DNA from: Selaginella moellendorffii
Lineage: Eukaryota > Plantae > Lycopodiophyta
Direction of reading: 5' to 3'
Assembly (NCBI RefSeq): GCF_000143415.4
Contig: NW_003314337.1
Location: forward strand, 340,354 to 371,895
Length of the DNA stretch: 31,542 nucleotides
Shown here: one piece after another, positions 13,032-23,885 of the stretch
How positions within the stretch are numbered: the first letter of the stretch is position 1
Layout of the letters: every line of letters begins with the position of its first letter
Notes under the pieces: generated by a model
The model's input: only the letters and a program-made list of their open reading frames with translations
The model's database searches: none
What the model was told of the DNA's origin: nothing
Program-made: the position numbers and the translations under genes

Positions 13032-13226
13032 TGTAAACTCCTGAGTTTGGACTTCCCGGGAGGTCATCTAGCCCAGTATTATTCTAACCCAAGGACGCTT
13101 AACCCCAAATATTCCAAGACCTTTAACCGATTGGAAAACGGGGTGCACTCTTGTTCATGGGCCCTTTCCCTCTATATTTGAACCCCAATGGATCGTTTCT
13201 CGAGTTGTTCTCTTTGGTTGCTTACA
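13032..13226 (-). repeat. Cassandra 3' LTR (195 bp)
   Basis: tgtaaac...gcttaca. About 15 substitutions versus the reconstructed partner LTR (by eye), no indels. Confidence 0.93.
13049..13103 (-). promoter_or_regulatory. 5S rRNA-derived Pol III internal promoter segment (A-box, IE, C-box)
   Basis: Minus strand GTTAAGCGTCCTTGGGTTAGAATAATACTGGGCTAGATGACCTCCCGGGAAGTCC aligns ungapped, 45/55, to the angiosperm 5S segment as I recall it (GTTAAGCGTGCTTGGGCGAGAGTAGTACTAGGATGGGTGACCTCCTGGGAAGTCC). Confidence 0.9.
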
Positions 13227-13241
13227 ATCCACCACGCTTCC
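13227..13241 (-). promoter_or_regulatory. Polypurine tract of Cassandra
   Basis: Minus strand ggaagcgtggtggat directly before the 3' LTR TGT. Confidence 0.75.
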
Positions 13242-13417
13242 CTACAAGTTCACGCCCTCGTGAATGGAAGCTGAGAGCCACAGCTCTCCCGAGAGCCCCG
13301 CTCTCTTGACACCCTACCCCTTGGGTCGAGCTCAGCGGGAACAAACTGGACCAGCCAAATGTCAATCAACATGTGGTGTGATTCCCTTAGCCAACCAACA
13401 GAGTCGGACCCGAGACC

Positions 13418-13429
13418 GCTTCGATACCA
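13418..13429 (-). promoter_or_regulatory. Second (internal) tRNA-iMet-type PBS
   Basis: Minus strand tggtatcgaagc. It is preceded by tt and a 6-bp LTR-end remnant (plus strand tgcaag, 13432-13437). 13294-13437 duplicates 17796-17938. Confidence 0.85.
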
Positions 13430-13438
13430 AATGCAAGT

Positions 13439-14703
13439 TCACCACGTCCTTGGTGCCCTTTGCACCAAAGTGTTCAAGTTAGATATGCCGAGCTTTCACT
13501 CTAAGCAATCTAACCGTGCATCACGACTCCGAGGCATCCCTCGTTTGGTGGTGTGCCCAAACCAGTCTCCTCACTGAGAGTCCATGACCACCGAAATATG
13601 AATATCCTCATATTCCAAACCATCACCACGCCCTAGTGATTTGGGACTCGAACCCAAGCACTAGAGGGTCGGGACTCGAACCCAACCTCCATATATGCAT
13701 CTACGGACGGCATCACCCAGGATGCCTGGCGTGACTCCCCACACCGGTGCACCAACTTATACTCAAAGCGCGCTATAGATCACAGCTTAGGAACCTAGTT
13801 CCTCCACACTGCCAAGTCCTCTCACTTGACAAGTTGGTGATCATGCATGGACTCCTCCATGCTTGGCCCCATGGCCCACCCTTTTTGAAGTTATCACCTT
13901 CAACTAGGGTATTTGTTCCCCTAACTTGCCAATCTCGCTTGGCAAGTCCTCCGACCTCTGTAACATGGTTCTTGCACAAGCGTGAAAACCCTTGATCATC
14001 GACTTTCGTTCAAAACCCTCTCTTTGAACACTTAGGAACTACTTCCCTAACCTTGATAGCCTTGCCTCATGGCAAGCTTCAAGACCATGCTTCTGCTGCG
14101 CCACTCTGATTTTGCGCGTTCCTTGAACCATTTACGCTTGGCCTTTCTAGGTACTAAGCTACCTAGAATCGTCTTTAGGAACCTTGAAGGAACTCTGTCC
14201 CTTAGCTTGCTAAGGCTTCCCTTTTTGCAAGCTTTCCAATTACCATATAGTCTAACATGGACAATTCCATATTTTAGACTCTCCATAATATCACGGTTGC
14301 TAGCGACAACACCCTCGAGCCCCCACTTGATTCTCCACTCCCAGCTGGCATAACCAACCTTAGTTATGCCCTTCAATTCCTATGGTTCGGTTCTATCCCC
14401 TTACTTCTTGCTTTTGGCTTCACACCTTTCCTTCGGTCATTCTCCTCCAGACCAAGAGGATAGCTTTGCACTTTCTAACATGCATTAGCAAGTATTCTTA
14501 GGGATGAACCTACCCGATAGCCTAGGGAGTGGTTCCTCCATCCAGGTATGCTCACCCTATAATCCCACACACCGGGATTACGTTGTTGCTTATGGGCTTT
14601 TACATGCCCATTACTAGCCTTGCCAAAATTCCATTTTTGGCTTTGTCCAATTCGAGTAGATGGTCTTCTCCTGTCTCCACCACCTTGGACATTTGGATAG
14701 CAC
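13439..14703 (-). mobile_element. Cargo segment: middle internal region of family A LARD
   Basis: Reverse complement of ~21367-22628. The paired ORFs 14069..14353(+) / 21722..21997(-) and 13747..13995(+) / 22071..22319(-) are near-identical. Confidence 0.93.
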
Positions 14704-16323
14704 TAATTTTTCCATTCTACTTTAGTCACTTAACCACACCTTCAACCACTTGGAGGAGTCTCACTCACAACCTCCTTAAGTCCAATTCAGGACTTGGGAC
14801 TTGCTAGCCCCGAGAATGGCATCCATGCCACTCATCCCTTGCACTTAGTCCAGGTGCTCCACGTGTCCAGTCCCAAGACTAACACCCCAAGGTACCACCG
14901 ACCTACTAGCCCGTTACGCTAAGGCCATGCCCCTTTACCTTGGTCATACCGGTAGTCTAACACCACCTGCATCACAATCCCATCTCTCAAGGACTGGACC
15001 ATCCGTGGGCCATGAGTGATCATTCCAGATCCACTCCTTAGCATCCTTAGGATGCCCACAGACATGGGGAATAGCCTTCCCCAATATCTCTTTTCTGGTC
15101 CCCACCAAGTCCCTTTCTGCCCATGGCCGTGTTCACCAACACTACCACTGGATCGAGGCCCACAGGCCCGACCACTAAGTCCCACGATCCTCTAGGACTT
15201 CCTCACCACACGACTGTGTCCTTGGTCACTACCCCAGAGGACTACTCCTCTTCCTTTCCACAGTCTGGACCTTTGGGACAACATTTCGGAACACCGTGGC
15301 CTTACGCGAGCCACTTGGGTACTCTCCTCACCTTTCGCCTTTAGGTGCTCTAGGCATGGGCTTAGAGCGAGGTTCCGTTGAGCCACGCCTAGTATCCAAG
15401 TAGGTACTGCCACCCACACTTGGACTGGGAGCATCGGCCAGTCGATCTCCTGGGGGAACTAGAGCCGGCTCTTGAACACTTCACCAAGCTACCCCGCTTG
15501 TCGGTCCGTATTCACTCTAGTCTTGGACTTCCCAGTGGTCAGTTCATCACCCAACACTGGGTCTGGCCTTCCTGGGCCAAACTGGCTCCACTGCAGTCCT
15601 CCCCCTTACTATACTTTTAGAGCTCACCAAACCCCCCATGGTCTAGGAGACAAACGCTTTGGGCTTTCACCCTCTCAGACTCGAACTCGAACTCGGACTC
15701 GGACTCGGACTCGGACTCGGACTCGGGCTCCGTCTCGGCCTCCGCCTCGGTCTCGGTCTCGGTCCCGGTCTCGGTCTCGGTCTCGGTCCCGGTCCCGGTC
15801 CCGGTCTCGGTTCGGTCTTGGTCCCGGTCTCGGTCTCGACCTCGGACTTCATCTCGGGTCCTTCTCGGACTCCATCTCGGATTCCATCTTGGGTCCATCT
15901 CGGACTCCATCTCGGACTCTGTCTCGGTCCATCTCGGACTCCATCTCGAGCTGCATCTCGGGTCCATCTTGGACTCCATCTCGGGTCCATCTTGGACTCC
16001 ATCTCGGACTCCGTCTCGGTCCATCTCAAACTCCATCTCGGACTCCACTTCGGACTCCATCTTGGACTCCATCTCGGACTCCACCTCGGACACTTCCATG
16101 TGTCATGTGTTGGTCCTTTTTGGGTCCCTTTTTGGAGCCTCGCTTATTGCTCGCTTCGTGCTTGTTCCTCGAGCCCTTGTTGGGAGTTCCACTCTCGCTC
16201 TCGACCTTTCAAGTCAGAGCTTTTAGTCCAAACGTGTTACGCTCGTTTGGCTTTCGCTTCTGCCACTACCATGTGGCACCCTTTCCAGCTCCACTTTGGG
16301 GCCTAGGGATTTTGTGTCTCACA
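14703..16323 (-). repeat. Cargo segment: family A LTR lacking its terminal ~6 bp (cttaca)
   Basis: Reverse complement of 17969-19830. Intact tgtgagacac end at 16323 next to the PPT (16324-16337). Array at ~15677-16092. Confidence 0.93.
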
Positions 16324-17490
16324 ACTCCACCACCTATAGACGAAGTTCGATGTCCTCATCGAACGGTAAACCCTTTTTATAAAGTAACACCCGCAGATAT
16401 TACCATTCCCATCCTTGGCACTCGGCCAATATTTGTCTATGGTTTGACCCTGAAGGCTCACCATGCCTTGTCCATCCTCTAAGGAGGATAGTCTCTCCAA
16501 CTTAGAGACTGATTGGACCACTTGTGGTGGTTCTTTGTGTTTATTGGTTTAGTTCTCGCTAAACTTGTTAGAGACACCGTCTCTATCTCAATCCCACTAC
16601 TCCATCTTGAGTAGTCTCAATTTTCATCGATATAACCTTTGCACTTTGGAATGTTTACTTTTGACTTCTTGAAGTCAATTTTCCTAGGTGTCTTCGACAC
16701 CTTGCATTGCACATATTGTGCAAGTCCACTTCCCTATCCTAGGAAATTCTTTACTTGAGGGCACCATCATCCTCTTTTCTATTTTGTGCCACCTTTGGCA
16801 CTACGTTCCAATTATCATCATTTGTGCCAGGGCTGTCCACGGCCCTATCCTTTGGCTACTTTGCCGCTCTTCACTTGGAGCTTTTACTTCGCCAAATTGG
16901 AGCATTTGGGAATCTATCCTTGGAAGTCCACTTTCTTTTCCGCAATCCGTTAGCATCAAACACATTTATGTTCCTTGGCTAACTTTGCCATTTGGATTCC
17001 TTCCCATGATTCCCATGGCTCTTTTCTTGGCCACTAGTCTTTTGCTCCTATCCTTGATTGTTGCACTCAGCAACATAGGATCACTACCTCCATTTTTGAG
17101 GTTTCTTTTCGGTTCCATAGCAAACACTTTGCTTTGCCAAGTCCAGAGGGTGTTCACCCCTAATACGTCTCTTTAACATTTTCTATCAGGGGCTCTATAC
17201 ACGGCCCAACTTTTTGAGACCTTCCCTTGGATCTTTTATAGAGACTACTTTCTTCGGACTTACTATGCCATAGCAGTGACATAGCTCATTTCCCATAGGT
17301 GCTCTTCCCACTTGGTCACCTTAACCAAGCCACACCATTATCAATAGGTCAAATCAACACTTTGAACTAGGAATCATATCCCTTAACCCAAACAAAGACC
17401 TTGTCCTTGTTTAGCCACAAAATCACCGAGTGATCTCATCTTGACCCCTTAATAGGTCTAACAATAAGAATTAGGTCTTCCAGACCCTTC
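16324..17490 (-). mobile_element. Cargo segment: 3' internal region and PPT of family A LARD
   Basis: Reverse complement of ~22738-23885. Confidence 0.9.
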
Positions 17491-17497
17491 TAAGTTG

Positions 17498-17786
17498 TCT
17501 GTCCACGAGTGGTCATCCCAGATCCACTCCTTAGCATCCTTAGGATGCCCACAGCCATGGGGAATAGCCTTCCCCAACATATCTTTGTCAGTTCCTACCA
17601 AGTCCCTTTTTCGTCCATGGCCATGTTCACCAACACTGCCACTAGATCAAGGCCCGCAGGCTCGGCTACTAAGTCCCATTGTCCTCTGGGACTTCCTCAC
17701 CATGTGACCATATCCGTAGTCACTACACTAGAGGACTGCTCCTCCTCCTTACACCCATTTGGGACTTCGGGACAACATTTCGGAAC
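17498..17786 (-). repeat. Cargo segment: internal fragment of a family A LTR
   Basis: Reverse complement of ~19239-19524 (also matches ~15005-15292). Confidence 0.9.
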
Positions 17787-17918
17787 CCTGCAAGTGCCTC
17801 GCTCTCTTGACACCCTACCCCTCGGGTCGAGCCCAGCAGGAGCAAACTGGACCAGCCAGATGTCAATCAATATGTGGTGCGATTCCACTATCCAACCAAT
17901 AGAGTCGGACCCGAGACC

Positions 17919-17930
17919 GTTCCGATACCA
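17919..17930 (-). promoter_or_regulatory. tRNA-iMet-type PBS of Cassandra
   Basis: Minus strand tggtatcggaac, 2 nt from the LTR end at 17933. Confidence 0.85.
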
Positions 17931-17932
17931 AA

Positions 17933-17968
17933 TGTAAGCTCCTGAGTTTGGACTTCCCGAGAGGTCAC
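17933..17968 (-). repeat. Cassandra 5' LTR, left part (3' portion of the 5S domain)
   Basis: tgtaagctcctgagtttggacttcccgagaggtcac matches 13032-13067. Confidence 0.92.
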
Positions 17969-18690
17969 TGTGAGACACAAAATCCCTAGGCCCCAAAGTG
18001 GAGCCGGAAAGGGTGCCACGTGGTAGTGGCTGAAGCGAGAGCCAAACGAGCGTAACACGTTTGGACCAAAAGCTCCGACTTGAAAAGTCAAGAGCGGGAG
18101 TGGAACTCCCAAAGAAGTGCTCGAGGAACGAGCACGAAGCGAGCAAAAAGCGAGGCTCCAAAAAGGGACCCAAAAGGACCAACACATGACACGTGGGAGT
18201 GTCCGAGATGGACTCGAGTTGGAGTCCGAAGTGGAGTCCGAGATGGACCTGAGTTGGAGTCCGAAGTGGAGTCCGAGATGGACTCGAGTTGGAGTCCGAA
18301 GTGGAGTCCGAAATGGACCCGAGTTGGAGTCCGAAGTGGAGTCCGAGATGGACCCGAGTTGAAGTCCGAAGTGGAGTCCGAGATGGACCCGAGATGGAGT
18401 CCGAGATGGAGTCCGAAGTGGAGTCCGAGGTGGACCCGAGATGGACCCGAGTTGGAGTCCGAAGTGGAGTCCGAGATGGACCCGAGATGGAGTCCGAGAT
18501 GGAGTCCGAGATGGAGTCCGAGGTGGACCCGAGATGGACCCGAAATGGAGTCCAAGATGGAGTCCGAGATGGACCCGAGATGGAGTCCAAGATGGAGTCT
18601 GAGATGGACCCGAGATGGACCCGAGATGGAGTCCGAGATGGAGTCCGAGATGGAGTCCGAGATGGAGTCCGAAGTCGAGACCGAGACCGG

Positions 18691-18722
<32 letters not shown>

Positions 18723-19836
18723 TCGGGACCGAGACCGAGACCGAGGCCGAGGCCGAGACCGAGCCCGAGCCCGAGTCTGAGTCCGAATCCGAGTCCGAGT
18801 CCGAGTCCGAGTCCGAGTCCGAGTCCGAGTCCGGAGCCTGAGAGGGTGAAAGCCCAAAGCGTTCATCTCCCAGACCCTGGGGGGTTTGGTGAGCTCCAAA
18901 AGTATAGTAAGGGGGAGGACTGCAGTGGAGCCAGTTTGGCCAGGAAAGGCCAGTTTGGCCCAGGAAGGCCAGACCCAGTGTTGGGTGATGAACTGACCAC
19001 TGGGAAGTCCAAGACTAGAGTGAATACGACAAGCGGGGTAACTTGGTGAAGTGTTCAAGAGCCGGCTCTAGTTCCCCCGGGAGATCAACTGGCCGATGCT
19101 CCCAGTCCAAGTGTGGGTGGCACTACCTACTTGGATACCAGGCATGGCTCAACGGAACCTCGCTCTAAGCCCATGGCTAGAGCACCTAAAGGCGAAAGGC
19201 GGGGAGAGTACCCAGGTGGCTCGCGTAAGGCCACGGTGTTCTGAAATGTTGTCCCAAAAGCCTAGACTGTGGAAAGGAAGAGGAGCAGTCCTCTGGGGTA
19301 GTGACCAAGGACACAGTCGTGTGGTGAGGAAGTCCCAGAGGACCATGGGACTTAGTGGTCGGGCCTATGGGCCTCGATCCAGTGGCAGTGTTGGTAAACA
19401 CGGCCAGGGGCAGAAAGGGACTTGGTAGGAACTGACAAAGGGACTTTGGGGAAGGCGATTCCCCAGGTCTGTGGGCATCCTAAGGATGCTAAGGAGTGGA
19501 TCTAGGATGACCACTCGTGAACAGATGGCCCAGTCTTGGAGAGACGGGATGGTGATGCAAGTGGTATTGGACCACTAGTGCAGCAAAGGTGAATGGGCAT
19601 GGCCTTAGCGTAACGGGCCGAGATGTCAGTGGTACCTTTGGGTGTCGGTCTTCGGACCGGACACGTGGAGCACTTGGACCAGGTGCAAGTGTTGAGTGGC
19701 ATGGATGCCATTCTTGGGGCTAGCAAGTCTTGCCAAGTCCTGAATTGGACTAATGGAGGTTGTGAATGAGACTCCTCCAAATGGTCGGAGGTGTGGTTAA
19801 GTGACTAAAGTAGAATGGAAAATTTAGTCGCTTACA
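17969..19836 (+). repeat. Family A 5' LTR (1868 bp)
   Basis: tgtgagacac...gtcgcttaca. Outside the array it differs from the 3' LTR by about 11 transitions and 2 small indels (by eye). Confidence 0.96.
18201..18836 (+). repeat. Compound LTR minisatellite: 11/12-mers (TGGACCCGAGA/T, TGGAGTCCGAGA, TGGAGTCCGAAG), then hexamers CCGAGA and CCGAGT
   Basis: Read directly from the sequence. Confidence 0.95.
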
Positions 19837-19839
19837 ACT

Positions 19840-19851
19840 TGGTATCAGAGC
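19840..19851 (+). promoter_or_regulatory. PBS complementary to tRNA-iMet 3' end
   Basis: tggtatcagagc, the canonical plant iMet PBS, 3 nt after the LTR. Confidence 0.95.
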
Positions 19852-20129
19852 TGTTCCTTAGTCCGACTTTTATTGGCGCTCAAGTATATCACCATTGATA
19901 TTGGCATCGGAAGGTCCTAGGAGTGGTCCTATCCTTGAGGAGTAGCACGTCGAGAGGACATGGCTCTCCACTCGAGTTCATGCATGAACTTGGGCGTGAT
20001 GTGGTGGATAAAAAAAAGGGGCCAATAAGGGAACGACTTTGGGATCTTGGGAACAGTATATGGTTTTCCTCAAAGAGTTGGGGATGTGATCCAGATGAGC
20101 GTTTGACTTAGCAAACTGGCTAGTGTAGT

Positions 20130-22000
20130 TGTGGTAAACAACTACAGTTGGGATCACGGGAAAGATAAAGACTCCAAAGCAATAAAGGAGTCACAAGATT
20201 TTCCTCATATAGTTGAGGTTGGTGCTCATGAATGTGAGACCAGAAGTAATGACCGTGGGAGGTCAAATACGGAAGAGGACTCAAGTCCTTGAAAAGGTAG
20301 CCGGGGCTACCTCTAATAAATGCTGGAACAACCCCAGGTGTTGGGGGTGTATTAAGTGGATGAGTTGGTGTTCTCATCACATGGACAAGTAGTCCTAAGG
20401 GGCAAAGGTTGCCCCCAGAGAACAAAATCAAGTGTCGGAGTAACACTTGTGAAAATAGTCCTTTTGAGTAGGACAGGAATGCAAGAAGTGTATTCCAGTG
20501 AGCTAGTGCCTCACAAGTAGGACCTTACGGGTCTGTGGATTAACCAAGTCCAAAACTGCTGGATGACTCAAGTAGAGTCAACGGATGGTCCTAAAAGGAC
20601 TGATGGAAGCATTTGGACTGAGGTGTGTTGTACCCCACAAAGGATGGGGGGGGATCATAGGATCCAAGGATGAGAACAGAGGGTATCTCATCGATGGCAA
20701 AATATGCCATGCTAAAATTATGGGAAAGGTGTTCCCAGAAGAAAACAACTTTGACATAAAGTTGTGTGTGACCTCTATGGTGCAATGCTAACGGATGGTT
20801 GGCATGAGAAAGAGCGGTGTTGGTCTTGGCAAAGACTTAGACACGAAGGGGAAATGTCATAGAGGTAGGCTCGTGGAGCCGATGGTGTGGAGACACCAAA
20901 TGTGCCAAGGTGTGATACCTTGAGGCTATGTTGGTGGGTTCATGAGAACCCCTTGCCAAAGGAATCCCAATGGAAATGGGAATAGCATAGCCTAAGCTGC
21001 AGAGCATGCAGTTGGAGTGTGGTGACCCAGATAATGATGGAGGTGTGAAAGCACCAAGCAATGAGTTGTAGGACTTGACAACTATGAGGTAACTAAGCAA
21101 GAGGTGCAAAATAACTGGTTAAACAGGTAGAAGGTAGCTACCCAAGACTTCTTAATAGCATAGGGAAGTTGGATATACCCTTACGGGGGATAAGTTGCTT
21201 GTGTTGCGATATAGTAAGTTAATGTCATAAAAGGAAATACTCATTGTCAAGAAAGCCATCATTGGGACACCCGAACACTCTAGAACACCAGAAGGTGGTG
21301 TTTGATGTCGCGAGGGCAATGGATAAAGCCCAAGGGACTAAGTCCCTAGCGAATGATGGATAGAAGGTGCTATCCAAATGTCCAAGGTTGCGGAGACAGG
21401 AGAGGACTGTCTACCCGAGTTGGATAAAGCTAAAAATGGAATTTTGGCAAGGCTAGTGATGGGCATGTAAAGGCCCATAAGCAACAATGTAATCCCAGTG
21501 TGTGGGATTATAAGGTGAGCATACCCGGGTTGAGGAACCACTCCCTAGGCTATTGGGTAGGTTCATCCCTAAGAATCTTGCTAAAGCATGATAGAAAGTG
21601 CAAAGCTATCCTCCTAGTCTAGAGGAGAATGACCAAAGGAAAGGTGTGAAGCCAAAAAGCAAGAAGGGGATAAAACCGAACCGTAGGAATCAAAGGGCAT
21701 AACCAAGGTTGGTTATGCCAGCTAGGAGTGGAGAATCAAGTGGGGGCTCGAGAGTGTTGCCGCTAGCAACCGTGATGCCATGGAGAGTCTAAAATATGGA
21801 ATTGTCCATGTTAGACTATGTGGCATTTGGAAGGCTTGCAAAACGGGAGGCCTTAGCAAGCTGAGGGACAGAGTTCCTTCAAGGTTCCCAAAGACGATTC
21901 TAGGTAGCTTAGTACCTAGAAAGGCCAAGTGTAAATGGTTCATGCAACGTGCGAAATCAGAGTGGCACAGCAAAAGCGTGGTCTTGAAGCTTGCCATGAG
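20130..22000 (+). pseudogene. Heavily decayed Ty3/gypsy gag-PR-RT relic
   Basis: Frameshifted fragments in gypsy order: RGLKS (~20275, gag-like), LD*GV (~20614, protease LDSGA-like), KYSLSR (~21235, RT KYPLPR-like), LVMG (~21453, LVMPFG-like). Confidence 0.45.
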
Positions 22001-22320
22001 GCAAGGCTATCAAGGTTAGGGGAGTAGTTCCCGAGTATTCAAAGAGGGGGCTTTGAACGAAAGTCGATGGTCAAGGACTTTCACGCTTATGCAGGAACCA
22101 TGTTACAGTGGTCGGAGGACTTGCCAAGCGAGATTGGCACGTCGGGGGAACAAATACCCTAGTTGAAGGTGATAACTTCAAAAAGGGTGGGCCATGGGGC
22201 CGAGCATGGAGGAGTCCATGCATGATCACAGACGTGTCAAGTGAGAGGACTTGGTAGTGTGGAGGAACTAGGTTCCTAAGCTGTGATCTGTAGCGCGCTT
22301 TAAAAATAAATTGGTGCACC

Positions 22321-22433
22321 GGCGTGGGGAGTCACGCCAGGCATCTTGTGTGATGCCGTCCGTAGATGTATATACGGAGGTTGGGTTCGAGTCCCGACCC
22401 TCTAGTGCTTGGGTTCGGGTCCCAAATCACTAG
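22321..22433 (+). other. Cluster of four hairpins, two with tRNA T-loop / Pol III B-box sequence
   Basis: ggcgtg-N6-cacgcc; ggcatc-N6-gatgcc; gttggg-ttcgagt-cccgac; ctagtgcttggg-ttcgggt-cccaaatcactag. Second copy at ~13632-13746 (minus). Confidence 0.55.
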
Positions 22434-23871
22434 GGCGTGGTGATGGTTTGGAATATGAGGACACTCATATTTCGGTGGTCATGGACTCTCAGTGGGGAGA
22501 CTGGTTTGGGCACACTGCCAAGCGAGGGATGCCTCGGAGTCGTGATGCACGGTTAGATTGCTTAGTGTGAAAGCTCGGCATATCTAACTTGAACGCTTTG
22601 GTGCAAGTGGCACCAAGGACGTGGTGAGTGAGATGGGGACACCTAATCTCAGTTGCTATGGACCCTTGGCCGGAAGGGCTGGCTTGGGTGCACCGCCAAG
22701 TGTGGGGGATGCCCCCGGGGTCGTAGTTAACAAGTTAAAGGTCTGGAAGACCTAGTACCTATTGACAAACCTGTTAAGGTGCCGAGGTGAGATCACTAGG
22801 TGATCTTGTGGCTAAATAAGGACAAGGTTCTTATTTGGGTTAAGGAATAAGGTTCCTAGTTCAAAGTGTTGATTTGAACTATTGATGATGGTGTGGCTTG
22901 GTCAAGGTGACCAAGTGGGAAAAGCACCTTAGGGAAATGAGCTATGTCATTGCGATGGCATAGTGTGTCCAAGGAAAGTAGTCTCTAAAGAGACCCATGA
23001 GAGGGTCACAAAGTTGGGCCGAGGATAGAGCCCACAGCAGAAGATGCTAAAAGAGACTTACTAGGGGTGAACACCCTAGTCTTGGCAAAGCAGAGCCTTT
23101 GCTATGGAATCAAAAGAATACCTCAAGGAGGGAGGTAGAGATTCGATGTTGCTCGGTGCAACAATCAACGGATAGAAGCAAAAGATGAGTGGCCAAGATA
23201 GGGCCGTGGAATCCCTGGGAAGGAATCCAAGTGACAAAGTTAGGCGAGGAACATTAATGTGTTGGACACTAACAAATTGTGGGAAAGGAAGTGTGTTTCC
23301 AAGGATGGATTCCGAATTGCTCCGATTTGGCGAAAGTGGAAGCTCCAAGGGAGGGAGCGGTAAGGTAGCCAAATGATAGGGCCATGAACAGCCCTAGCAC
23401 AAAGTATGATAACTGGAACTTTGGCACGAAATAGAAGAGAGGATGATGGTGCCCTCGAGTAGAGAACTTCCTAGGATGGGAAGTGGAGTTGCACAAAAGG
23501 TGCAAGGCAAGGTGTCGGAGACACCTAGGAAATTGACTCCAAGGAGTCAAAATTCAAAGTTCCAAAGTGCAGAGGTTATATCGATGGAAATTGAGACTAC
23601 TCGAGAAGGAGTAGTGGGATTGACTTAGAGAAGGGTCTCTAAGAGGTTTAGCGAGAACTAAACCAATAAAAGGAGAGAACCATTACATGTGGTCCAATCA
23701 GTCTCTAAGTTGGAAAGACTACGCTCCTTAAAGGATGGAAAAGGCATGGTGAGCCTTTGGTGTCAAACCATAGACAAAGATTGGCTAGGTGCCAAGGATG
23801 GAAATGGTAACACGTGTGGGTGTTACTTTATGAAAGGGTTTACCGTTCGATGAGGACATCGAACTTCGTCT

Positions 23872-23885
23872 ATGGGTGGTGGAGT
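23872..23885 (+). promoter_or_regulatory. Polypurine tract of family A
   Basis: atgggtggtggagt directly before the 3' LTR. Confidence 0.85.

Noticed and set aside
13049-13103. Functional 5S rRNA gene
   Set aside because: Only ~55 nt match. The 5' half, 3' end and oligo-T terminator are missing, and it lies inside an LTR.
18201-18836. CRISPR-like regular repeats
   Set aside because: Tandem 6-12-bp units with no unique spacers, no cas genes, and a eukaryotic LTR context.
22340-22440. tRNA gene
   Set aside because: T-arm-like hairpins only; I could not fold an acceptor stem, D arm or anticodon arm.
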